From contig NIVC01004371.1 of assembly GCA_002269645.1 (NCBI GenBank), positions 1-48,166 of the forward strand: a DNA stretch of 48,166 nucleotides, in the 5' to 3' direction. The position numbers were made by a program, and so were the translations under genes. The notes beneath the pieces were generated by a model, which worked only from the letters and a program-made list of their open reading frames with translations, ran no database searches and was not told the DNA's origin. The DNA is from Macrostomum lignano. Its lineage: Eukaryota. How positions within the stretch are numbered: the first letter of the stretch is position 1; each line of letters starts with the position of its first letter. Below are positions 9,794 through 18,497 of this stretch, in pieces.

Positions 9794-10414
9794 CTAGACT
9801 CTCCTGTTCTTTCTCCAGTTCACCCCTCTGCTGGTTGCCATTTTCTTCTTAACTGATTTACCAATAGCGGAAAGCGGAACATTAAGCTTTTTCTGCTGCA
9901 GCAAATCGATGAACTCGTTCCACCCAACTGGTTCACGCTCACATGACGAATCCCTCACTGCGTGCTGAATCAAGTCCAGTATGTTTGAGGAAGGGATTGA
10001 CGTGCCTGCGATTTCCACCTCTCCGTTTTCACAAACTCCAATCAGCTCTGGATTGGTGGACAGGATCGTCCATAGACTGCGAGCCCTGGTTTTGAATTTC
10101 TGTGGCACCGACTTGCTGATCTTCTCTTCCCAGGTGTTCATCTGGGGTGTCTCTATTTTCATCAACTTGGCTTCAGTATTTCGTGATCCTTCTTTTCCAG
10201 CGTGCTTGCGCTTGGCCAGCAAACTTTGCATTGCACTTTGATACATGGCGGTTTTCACATCTTCTGGATAATCCTCGGCATACAAGATATCATCGCATTT
10301 CTTCTGAGCCTGCTTCAAGTCAGCGTCAGTGCTAGTCTCATTTGGCTTCAAATTCTGCACTAACATCTCATACTCTGCTTTAGAAATCAGAACCATTTCT
10401 GAAAATTTGTTCAT
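9794..10414 (-). CDS. Conserved Maverick/adintovirus protein (the so-called gasderminX-type ORF)
   Basis: MVLISK..DDILY..DVKTAMY..VPQKFKTRA..NGE..I..SNILDLI..PVGWNEF..NVP pattern and syntenic position after PW. Confidence 0.6.
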   Translation of the reverse strand: MNKFSEMVLISKAEYEMLVQNLKPNETSTDADLKQAQKKCDDILYAEDYPEDVKTAMYQSAMQSLLAKRKHAGKEGSRNTEAKLMKIETPQMNTWEEKISKSVPQKFKTRARSLWTILSTNPELIGVCENGEVEIAGTSIPSSNILDLIQHAVRDSSCEREPVGWNEFIDLLQQKKLNVPLSAIGKSVKKKMATSRGVNWRKNRRV

Positions 10415-10718
10415 TTTGCTTCTTTTTCTTGACCAGCTTAAGCAGAATCGGGAGTATTTTGATGAAGCCAGCCTTTAACAAGTCTATCTTTCTTCTCTGC
10501 TGAGTAATTTTTCGAATTATCTCTTTTGACTTTGCAAGAACAGCTTTTTCATCGATCGAAAACGATAAATTGTTTTGTAAGAGATTATGACAGGCCTCAA
10601 CAAGAAAATAACGCACTTCTTTTGGACAATTTTTTATCAACAGCTGCTTGAAGCGCACGGTATATTTAGGTGACGCAAGAACCGCAAAAAGACTTGCATG
10701 TGAATCAAGCACTTCCAT
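10380..10718 (-). CDS. PW: Maverick PW protein (small basic, cupiennin-type)
   Basis: KQLLIKNCPKEVRYFLVEACHNLLQNNL...GFIKILPILL pattern; downstream of the ATPase. Confidence 0.65.
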   Translation of the reverse strand: MEVLDSHASLFAVLASPKYTVRFKQLLIKNCPKEVRYFLVEACHNLLQNNLSFSIDEKAVLAKSKEIIRKITQQRRKIDLLKAGFIKILPILLKLVKKKKQNEQIFRNGSDF

Positions 10719-10760
10719 AGCGATGAAAACAATAGCCGATAAAAAACAAGCTTCACTTTC

Positions 10761-11408
10761 TTAAGCAAATACAAGATGGGGTCGCTGGTTGGGCAAAATT
10801 CTGGCCCGCACTCGCAGCTCATCGGGAGTTGATGGGTGAAAGTCTAGGAACAGGTAGGCTCCCCTGTTCTGCGCGGTCACGTGCTTGAACACTGACAGCA
10901 GAAAGCCGGGCTTCTCTGTAAAGCACTGCCTGCCCAGTGCTGCAATCTGCAGCTGGTCTCGGGGGTTTTTCAAGATAGCTAAGTACATTACATTCAAGCT
11001 CATTGTTCGCGACTCTTTTCCCTTGAAAAATATATTCTGAGTCAGCATCACCAAAAAGCACGGCAAGTGATGTGCGATTCCTGTGAAAAAATTTCGCATT
11101 GAAGCAGAATTTGAAGTTTCCTCTATTAAGTCATCGAAAACAACCAGGTCATTGGGCCTAAGTGCTGCCTCGATGTTGGTGGGGAATCCCTGGCGCAGCT
11201 GCACACCTAGGCTGCTCAGTTCTGCATGGCCTGCCTGTGAGATCCCATAGTACCACAGAACTCTGCCAGGCTTCACATCAAACATGACGTCTCTGTACTG
11301 GATCAGGTGTTTGACAAAGGTTGTTTTTCCTGCATTGGTGGGCCCGCAGACAATCATGCAGCTTCCCTGCCTGAGGCGGATATCGTAGCAAACTCGCTTT
11401 TCTCCCAT
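10761..11408 (-). CDS. ATP: A32/FtsK-like genome packaging ATPase
   Basis: Walker A GPTNAGKT, Walker B LVVFDD, HH..C..TQN and DQLQI motifs. Confidence 0.95.
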   Translation of the reverse strand: MGEKRVCYDIRLRQGSCMIVCGPTNAGKTTFVKHLIQYRDVMFDVKPGRVLWYYGISQAGHAELSSLGVQLRQGFPTNIEAALRPNDLVVFDDLIEETSNSASMRNFFTGIAHHLPCFLVMLTQNIFFKGKESRTMSLNVMYLAILKNPRDQLQIAALGRQCFTEKPGFLLSVFKHVTAQNRGAYLFLDFHPSTPDELRVRARILPNQRPHLVFA

Positions 11409-11437
11409 GTCTAATGCATAAATATAGTTCTAGAAAA

Positions 11438-11947
11438 TCACGGACATCTTTTTCTTAAGTTGGCTTCAAACCTCTGTAAGATTCTATCATTCAAATGATT
11501 TTTTTCATTAGAGTGCAAACTCTTTAAAATACCCTCAAATGACCGATTGATCAGCAACTTTTGATAAGCAAAATAGATGCAAAACACTCCGCATTTATTA
11601 GAGTTAGCACATTGAAATCTGTTTATATTGCTTCGGAGATAAAAGCCAGTTGTTTTAATCTCTCGAAACAAATTATAAACCACAGATAAAATTTCAGGTT
11701 CCCAGCCGAGGGAGTTGAACAGCTCAATGCAATTTCCTTGCCCAGCATAGCACACCACCCAATGACCAAATGAGCCATTGTGCTGTAGTAGGATAAACAC
11801 AAACTTGTTTTCAAAGGGAATTGATCGATATTTTCTTTTTAGACTCAAAGACAATACATTTTTATAGCGTGAATGTAAAGTAATGATGAAGAATTTTCGG
11901 CAAGACAAAAATTTTCTGGCGAGATGGAGTAGTTGAATTGCTTCCAT
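11438..11947 (-). CDS. PRO: Adenain-like cysteine maturation protease
   Basis: GHW (His), FNSLG (third triad position), Q..SNKCG.FC (oxyanion Gln and catalytic Cys). Confidence 0.88.
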   Translation of the reverse strand: MEAIQLLHLARKFLSCRKFFIITLHSRYKNVLSLSLKRKYRSIPFENKFVFILLQHNGSFGHWVVCYAGQGNCIELFNSLGWEPEILSVVYNLFREIKTTGFYLRSNINRFQCANSNKCGVFCIYFAYQKLLINRSFEGILKSLHSNEKNHLNDRILQRFEANLRKRCP

Positions 11948-11952
11948 GCCAG

Positions 11953-13236
11953 TTAAGAGGAATAGTCCAGCAAAAGCTCCCGGTGCTTGGTGACCTCAAT
12001 CAGCGAGTCATACAGGCACAGAGCGATCAGGGACACCGTTTCGTCCAGAGCCTGTCGGAAGCGAATCTCCAACCGCAGGTTGCCCTCCTTCTGTCCGTAC
12101 CACAGAGCCGCTCCCTCTGGTGTGAGATCGAATGCAAACACCGTGCTGTTGTTGGAGAAGAGCTGGTAAGGGATCCACGGAACCGAGTTCGTGTGGCTTG
12201 CAGATTGACAGCTTTTCAGGTAGTGTAAGTATTCTCTTACAAAGGAATTGTTTTCAGGTGTGAAGGCACCGTGACACACGGTTTCCCCACCTTTCTTTAG
12301 AGCCAACTGGCTAAGGTTGAAGCTCTGGAACTGGAACGGGCTCGCGTGATGATGACCGTTGAATGCACGGTGGCTCACGAAGGCCAGCATGATGAACTTC
12401 GGCAATTTTCCATGAGTGAATCCTTCAATGTTTTTAGATTGAATGCCCTGGGGTAGGATGAAGTTCTGCATTTCAGTTCGCTCGATGGGATACAGTGCAT
12501 TTTGGTTTGTCAACCCCTGCTCGTGGGCCAGGCTGATGTGGGGCACCACTTTGACTCGGCGAAGATGCAAAATGCAGTGAGAGATTTCCATGCGGTATGC
12601 CGCGTTGTTTGCATTCGGGCTTCTGATGGCAAAGGCCCCATCGCTGGGCACCAGTTTGATGTGCAAGTGCAGATTGTTTAGCAGAAACACTGGGCATTGG
12701 AAAACATCGCTGAAGAGCGGTCCCGCATACTCCATCCATCGGGATTCCCTGTGGCTCTCCGTGTGCTTTTCAGCTGCCGAGTTCGGCTCCAGGAAGCCAG
12801 CAGGGTAAAGTTTTAGTTGCTGGGCATCAGATGAGCTCATTAGTGCTTTGAAGTACGCATGGTAGGGATAGAGCTGGTCTCCACCAGATACCACTCGCTG
12901 GTTAATGCTCACAATTACATCTGAGAAGGCTGTAGACAAAACAAAGTTTTCTGGGTGCACGTCACTGTCTCTGCGCTCGGTGATGATGCCATCTCCATCT
13001 CGAACATCCTCCCTCAGCAAACCCCCATCCAGTCTCACAAGGCGGCAGCGAATATAAAGAAAAGAATTAAGCAAATCAGTGTATTCATCGGCAGATTGGT
13101 GGCAGTCAAATTCAATGGGGGAGTTTGCAGTAATGGAATTTACTGGGTGAATATCAACATAAGTAGCTTTTTCAATGCAGGTTTGTAGAACAGGCGTCTT
13201 AAATAAATCAAGTCTGGGATTGAATCCGTAAGCCAT
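11953..13236 (-). CDS. PY: Double jelly-roll major capsid protein (PY)
   Basis: LDLF..P.LQT.I....VDIHPV..I....PIEF N-terminus, YP..RTE, GKLPKFI, FNG....PF.FQ.FN, FAFDLTP, GNLRLEIRF; 427 aa. Confidence 0.93.
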   Translation of the reverse strand: MAYGFNPRLDLFKTPVLQTCIEKATYVDIHPVNSITANSPIEFDCHQSADEYTDLLNSFLYIRCRLVRLDGGLLREDVRDGDGIITERRDSDVHPENFVLSTAFSDVIVSINQRVVSGGDQLYPYHAYFKALMSSSDAQQLKLYPAGFLEPNSAAEKHTESHRESRWMEYAGPLFSDVFQCPVFLLNNLHLHIKLVPSDGAFAIRSPNANNAAYRMEISHCILHLRRVKVVPHISLAHEQGLTNQNALYPIERTEMQNFILPQGIQSKNIEGFTHGKLPKFIMLAFVSHRAFNGHHHASPFQFQSFNLSQLALKKGGETVCHGAFTPENNSFVREYLHYLKSCQSASHTNSVPWIPYQLFSNNSTVFAFDLTPEGAALWYGQKEGNLRLEIRFRQALDETVSLIALCLYDSLIEVTKHRELLLDYSS

Positions 13237-13238
13237 GT

Positions 13239-13628
13239 CTATGACAGAGAGTCGAGCACGCGTTTCACAGTTTTCTTGCTGACTTTTCGCTTTCGCTTTC
13301 CTCCGCCTGCTGCATTCTTCTTTGCTTTCGTCTTCCTATTCTTAAGCTTTTTCCTACTAGCCTTGCTCGGATTTCTTTCATTGCACCTCTTATTGGTGCG
13401 ATCTCTACCAGTTGCCTTTCGGGTGTACTTCTTCTTCTTCAATCGTTTCGGACTTGCTTCAGTATTTCTTTTGCGCCTGACATTGCTATGCGTTGAGAAT
13501 GATGATGTAGCCGCTGGCGGAGGCTGGTATGTCATGATCCCCGGAAAGCTCCCACAGCCATAGAGTGCAGGCTTTTCGTGTCCTGTCCTCACCCCCGAAT
13601 ATTGCTGGATCAGCTGCTGGTAGTTCAT
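13239..13628 (-). CDS. Basic pVII-like core (genome-condensing) protein
   Basis: First ATG at 13628 (track start 13697 is TTG). Very K/R-rich C-terminal half, LYGC|G adenain-consensus site, located between the minor and major capsid genes. Confidence 0.75.
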   Translation of the reverse strand: MNYQQLIQQYSGVRTGHEKPALYGCGSFPGIMTYQPPPAATSSFSTHSNVRRKRNTEASPKRLKKKKYTRKATGRDRTNKRCNERNPSKASRKKLKNRKTKAKKNAAGGGKRKRKVSKKTVKRVLDSLS

Positions 13629-14452
13629 TGAATGCGTTTCTCCCGAATCTGAACTGTGAGCAGAACAGGGCTGAGTGTCTGGGCAATCAGTGGGCAACCA
13701 TAGATGTCACGCAGCTGAACTCGAATGCTGTGAAGAAGACTGATTCGTTGAATCGGGAAGAATATTGTTTTCTTAAATATTTTTGTTTGATAGTTGCCCC
13801 ATTCAATGCCGGCTTTCATTCCAACTGTTCTCAACAGGGAGCCCAAGTTGCAATTAGTTGACTCAACGATACTGCAGTGCACATTGATTAAGCTGGTGCG
13901 CGGGCAGCCAATGCAGTGCTCGGACACGCGGCTCCCTGGCTGGATTTTCACAGCCTGGTTTCCAAATCCCAGCCAATGCAGAATTTTGCTGGATGGGAGA
14001 AACATCTCTGCTCTCGCAGTGTTGTTGTGCACCACAGTTCGTGAGTTGCGGATTTCGAACTTCATACCGAATTCCCTGTTGCCACTACGCCCCATCAGGC
14101 CGGACTCATCAGCCTCCATCTCAGACTCCCTGTCACTCATTGCATCAAAGAATAGCGAATCAGAGTTGGCCAGCAGCTGATTCAAACGCTCCACCAGCTC
14201 CTCCACTCTAGCAAAGCGTCCGGGTTGAAGAACCAGGGCCTCATGCTCTCTTCCATCTGAGACAGTGAAGCAGTAAGGCTCGTCAACATTGAACCATGCA
14301 GCAGGCAGATGGATTTCAGCCAGACCTGCCTCATAGTCCACATTTCGATCCAAGTAAATAGGTGAAGGCAAGTAAAAATTAAAGTCACTAGGAGTACCTT
14401 CAGCATGCTCACTGTTAATCAAAATAGTTCGCATTATAATGTTAAACCTCAT
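13625..14452 (-). CDS. PX: Single jelly-roll minor capsid/penton protein (PX)
   Basis: SDFNFYLPSPIYLD..YEAGLAEIHLP..WFNV N-terminus; VHCSIVE..LLRTV..I.V.L.D..G C-terminus. Confidence 0.88.
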   Translation of the reverse strand: MRFNIIMRTILINSEHAEGTPSDFNFYLPSPIYLDRNVDYEAGLAEIHLPAAWFNVDEPYCFTVSDGREHEALVLQPGRFARVEELVERLNQLLANSDSLFFDAMSDRESEMEADESGLMGRSGNREFGMKFEIRNSRTVVHNNTARAEMFLPSSKILHWLGFGNQAVKIQPGSRVSEHCIGCPRTSLINVHCSIVESTNCNLGSLLRTVGMKAGIEWGNYQTKIFKKTIFFPIQRISLLHSIRVQLRDIYGCPLIAQTLSPVLLTVQIREKRIQ

Positions 14453-14471
14453 GAGAAGAGATGCGCAAAAG

Positions 14472-15542
14472 CTAAACCTTTCTTAAGTCTTTTTCATCCA
14501 CCCAGCCTGTCGAGTCGTAGCCGGCCCACTTCACCAGATAGCGAATTTTTCCCTTCCTCTTCTCCGTTTTCAGAATCTTCTCAATCACATACAGTCGCTG
14601 TGAGTCCGGCACCGCCTGCAGCTCATGCTCATGAAAGAGACCCCGGATCTCCTCACCCTTTATGTCCCTAATCTTGTACATGTACGGATAGTGCTTCGGT
14701 GCCCTACATACTACAGTGTACACCTCCTCACTCCAGTTGGCCTTGTATCCTTTGTGGAATAGCCTGGGTGCATTGGAAATTCTCACTGACTGCTTTTCAC
14801 TGAATTTGGGCTTCTTTGGCTTATTTACAGTCTCAATGGCTCTTCCATTGTAAAGGTTCATCCAGACCTCAGTCTCATTCTCTTTGCATACGCTAGTCGG
14901 TGCCATTTTGATGCTTCTGTGGTAAGTGTTGTTGTACGACTTGACCAGCTTTGGCAACACATCAACCCAATGCAAAGTGCTCTTGTGGGTGAAATATCGC
15001 CACATTTTGTTTTTCAAAGTTCTATTCCACCTCTCTATGATGGCTGCTTTTTGCTCACTATTAGTGGGGAATGCCAAAATTCCCTTGCTTATACAGAGCT
15101 CCCGAAAATTGGTATTGATGAACTCTTTTCCTTGATCCGTGCGGACTGTGCGTGGCTGGCGCTTTGAGCACCTCAGGATACTCTCGAATGCGAACTTGAC
15201 TTCCGCAGCTGATTTGTTTTTTAGAGGCCTGGCCCAACCAGATTTAGAGAGGACATCTATACATGTGAGAATATACTTGTAGCCGTTATTGTATTTTGCA
15301 AATGGTATCATCTCAACCAGGTCAAGTTCCCACTGATCATCAATAGCCCTAACAATGATTGGTGCCATAGGATAGCGTCTCCTAGCTTGCTTGTGCAGTG
15401 TGTACACAGGCTGCTCAGTCAGCCATTGTCCGATGCTCTTTTTAGATTCACGATTATCCTGTGTTTTCTTGAGCTCGTGCAGAAGCTTTGAGACACCCGA
15501 GAAACTGGCAGGCTGAGCAGGGTTGTAGTAGATCTTTTCCAT
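14472..15542 (-). CDS. INT: Retroviral-like DDE integrase with C-terminal chromodomain
   Basis: Catalytic triad WELDL / TDQGKEF / IERWNRTLK; YH.SIKM.P; chromodomain YVIEKIL..RYLVKWAGY..WV. First ATG at 15542. Confidence 0.96.
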   Translation of the reverse strand: MEKIYYNPAQPASFSGVSKLLHELKKTQDNRESKKSIGQWLTEQPVYTLHKQARRRYPMAPIIVRAIDDQWELDLVEMIPFAKYNNGYKYILTCIDVLSKSGWARPLKNKSAAEVKFAFESILRCSKRQPRTVRTDQGKEFINTNFRELCISKGILAFPTNSEQKAAIIERWNRTLKNKMWRYFTHKSTLHWVDVLPKLVKSYNNTYHRSIKMAPTSVCKENETEVWMNLYNGRAIETVNKPKKPKFSEKQSVRISNAPRLFHKGYKANWSEEVYTVVCRAPKHYPYMYKIRDIKGEEIRGLFHEHELQAVPDSQRLYVIEKILKTEKRKGKIRYLVKWAGYDSTGWVDEKDLRKV

Positions 15543-15811
15543 TATCAAAATCAAGCTGAATGAAAGCCTGCAAAACAATTTTTTTTAAGTTCTTTCGCGG
15601 TTTGCTCATTGAGCCACTGTTCAATGCTCTTTCAATTTTTATGCCCACCCTCTTCTCTAACTTGATGCAGCAGCTGTTGGGCAAATTGAAAAACTAGCTG
15701 GTTGGCCAGGAGCAAATAATTTTTTTCCATTTTCTCAAGAAACAAAAGTCAACAGTCTAATTTTTTCTTAAGCACAAGAACAAAGGAAAACAATTTTTTT
15801 ATGAAAAGAAG

Positions 15812-15819
15812 CTTTTATA
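15812..15819 (-). promoter_or_regulatory. TATA box (TATAAAAG) upstream of the INT-capsid gene block
   Basis: Canonical motif 277 nt upstream of the INT ATG; a TTTTGCAG acceptor at 15569-15568 lies between them. The region is AT-rich, so a chance match is possible. Confidence 0.4.
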
Positions 15820-15987
15820 TTTTTTAGCGGATAAGAAACAATAAGTTGCATGATTTTCTTAAATGGAGAGACTTAATTAAGTTTTCTGGATAAATGAGCA
15901 ATGTTAATTATAGAAATTGTTAAATGAGCCAATTTAAGTATGTCACCAGTCACCAAAGTTCTTCAAAGCACTTCTTATTCTTCTTCT

Positions 15988-16731
15988 TCACTCCTCATCC
16001 TCATTGAGGCGCAGTCTCATGGCATTCTGCCTGCGCAGCGGATATGGTTGCTTGCGCTTCCTGACGTTCTCGACCGCAGCTGCTTCAGCCCGGAAGCGAT
16101 ACCAGACTGGGTCCTGCAGCAAATCCGAATCCTGCTTTGGGATAAAGCCAGCTGCAGCACTTGTCACCGGTAGAGGCGTTGATGTGACCACTTCATCGTC
16201 GATGCGTAGAGTGCTTGATTGGACGCCCTCATCCTCAGTCTTCGCAAGCCGCATGGTGTCGTCCTTGTTGCTGTTGTCATCATCATCACCGTTTCTCTCG
16301 CTCGAAGATCCCGACTCCAGCTCATACACATCAGAAATTTGGCGTGGGGCAGACAGCTGCTCGTCGATCCATGCAGCCTGCTCCCACAGTTTTCGCCACA
16401 GAGCTGGTGCCAAGGCCACAGTGTTTCGCTTCAAAAATTCTTCGCAGCAATCTTCTGGAAGCCGTCTTAGCCAGATGATGCCGTTCTTAACCTCAACAAA
16501 CTTATCAAAACCGAGTTTGATGATCCTCTGTTGCCCGCCTAGGGCCGCCTTCACGAGAGTTCGCTTCAGTTCTTTCAACTTCTCCCATTGTCGGATGTTG
16601 AGGTTAAATCCGGGAACGCCGGGTTTTAAACTTGCTGTGCTGCCATGTCGATAAAATTTCCGAATCGCAATAAACTGTACTCCTTCATACTCTTGTACTT
16701 GAAGTTTGTAGCCTTCTCCAATATCGACCAT
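15988..16731 (-). CDS. PC4/Sub1-like ssDNA-binding/coactivator protein with a probable second degenerate PC4 domain and an acidic tail
   Basis: IGEGYKLQVQEYEGVQFIAIRKFY...PG..GFNLNIRQWEKL matches the PC4 fold. LGFDKFVEVKNGIIWLRR...TVAL...LWRKL looks like a second copy. Confidence 0.78.
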   Translation of the reverse strand: MVDIGEGYKLQVQEYEGVQFIAIRKFYRHGSTASLKPGVPGFNLNIRQWEKLKELKRTLVKAALGGQQRIIKLGFDKFVEVKNGIIWLRRLPEDCCEEFLKRNTVALAPALWRKLWEQAAWIDEQLSAPRQISDVYELESGSSSERNGDDDDNSNKDDTMRLAKTEDEGVQSSTLRIDDEVVTSTPLPVTSAAAGFIPKQDSDLLQDPVWYRFRAEAAAVENVRKRKQPYPLRRQNAMRLRLNEDEE

Positions 16732-16805
16732 TATTAATTAGTTATTACGATGTAACGGAGCGAGAATTTCAAAAATTTTATTATTTGTGAAAACAAATTT
16801 TCTGG

Positions 16806-16813
16806 TTTATATA
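16806..16813 (-). promoter_or_regulatory. TATA box (TATATAAA) of the PC4-like gene
   Basis: 82 nt upstream of the ATG at 16731. Confidence 0.55.
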
Positions 16814-16880
16814 CAAATATCTCCTATGTAAACACATGCGTCTATGTATTCACATTAGGGGGCCTACCCCTATGGAACAC

Positions 16881-17035
16881 AGGTGCCTATGTACTCTCAT
16901 TAGGAGTCTACGGAATTCCCATGGCTTTGCCTGCGGCAGAGTTGAGCCATGCAAACACATAGGCGCCCTTCTGATCCGGGCCCACGGAATTTCCGTGGCT
17001 TTCCCTGCGGCAGAGTTGTGTTATCCTCTACTACT
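16881..17035 (-). repeat. Right terminal inverted repeat (155 bp)
   Basis: Base-by-base comparison with the left TIR gives 154/155 identity. Confidence 0.98.
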
Positions 17036-17152
17036 ACTGTGTCATTGACAAGTTTCTGTGGCACAAACCTTCTTGGCATTTGCTTATTTGACTTAATTAT
17101 GAAAGCTAGCTGTGGAAGTTTTCTACTTAGTCCTTAGATGTAAACATAATTC

Positions 17153-18120
17153 TCAGTCATATAATACAGTCCCCAGTCATATAATACAGTCCTCAGTCAT
17201 ATAATACAGTCCTCAGTCATATCATACAGTCCTCAGTCACATAATACAGTCCTCAGTCATATAATACAGTCCTCAGTCATATCATACAGTCCTCAGTCAT
17301 ATCATATAGTCCTCAGTCATAATACAGTCCTCAGTCATATAATACAGTCCTCAGTCATAATACAGTCCTCAGTCATATAATACAGTCCTCAGTCATATAA
17401 TACAGTCCTCAGTCATATAATACAGTCCTCAGTCATAATACAGTCCTCAGTCATATAATACAGTCCTCAGTCATATAATACAGTCCTCAGTCATATAATA
17501 CAGTCCTCAGTCATAATACAGTCCTCAGTCATATAATACAGTGCTCAGTCATATAATACAGTCCTTAGTCATATCATACAGTCCCCAGTCATATAATACA
17601 GTCCTCAGTCATATCATACAGTCCTCAGTCATAATACAGTCCTCAGTCATATAATACAGTCCTCAGTCATAATACAGTCCTCAGTCATATAATACAGTCC
17701 TCAGTCATATAATACAGTCCTCAGTCATATGATACAGTCCTCAGGCATATAATACAGTCCTCAGTCATATAATACAGTCCTCAGGCATATAATACAGTTC
17801 TCAGTCATATCATACAGTCCTCAGTCATAATACAGTCCTCAGTCATATAATACAGTCCTCAGTCATATCATACAGTCCTCAGTCATAATACAGTCCTCAG
17901 TCATAATACAGTCGTCAGTCATAATACAGTCGTCAGTCATAATACAGTCCTCAGTCATATAATACAGTCCTCAGGCATATAATACAGTTCTCAGTCATAT
18001 CATACAGTTCTCAGTCATATCATACAGTCCTCACTCATATAATACAGTCCTCACTCATATAATACAGTCCTTAGTCATTTAACGCAGTCCTCAGTCATAA
18101 ACGCAGTCCTCAGTCATAAT
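17153..18120 (+). repeat. 18/20-bp satellite (CAGTCATATAATACAGTCCT)n
   Basis: About 50 directly visible tandem copies, mixing 20-bp units and 18-bp units that lack one AT. Confidence 0.97.
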
Positions 18121-18497
18121 TAATTGATTTCATTGCATTCTCGGCAGTCAATCTATCCATGCATAGTCAAAATCACAATGCCAACTAGCATGAGAGAGAG
18201 AGAGAGTGCAGTCTAGCTACCTCGGGGTATTAAGCGTTCAACTGCCCCGCAAAGCAAAGCATAGGTAAAGTGTAGCAAACACCTGCCGCCAGAAAATGCA
18301 ATTTTGTGCCCCACCCCCGGGTCGAACAATGTCTGGCCACCCCAAGCGCAGCACGCAGTCACAGCAAGACGCTTGTGAATAGAAAAGATGCACAGGACTG
18401 AACTGCAGAGAAATGCGCTCGAGAAAAAATTTTTTAATTCTGCATTCGTGTTAGAAAACTCTTGGCTGGCAGAAGAGCAGGTAAAAAAGTGGCTAAA

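Larger units (their letters stand above)
1069..17035. mobile_element. Complete Maverick/Polinton (adintovirus-like endogenous virus), 15,967 bp
   Basis: TIRs at 1069-1223 and 16881-17035; 6-bp TSD ACTGTG at 1063-1068 and 17036-17041; AGTAGTAG termini; pPolB, INT, ATPase, protease, major and minor capsid ORFs all open. Confidence 0.98.

Noticed and set aside
16004-16654. 216-aa plus-strand ORF
   Set aside because: Antisense shadow of the PC4-like gene; no ATG context or domain.
1069-17035. Second capsid-like gene (PZ), PLA2 or fusogen in the Polinton
   Set aside because: No ORF with such features was recognised; absence is noted but I cannot exclude highly diverged homologs.
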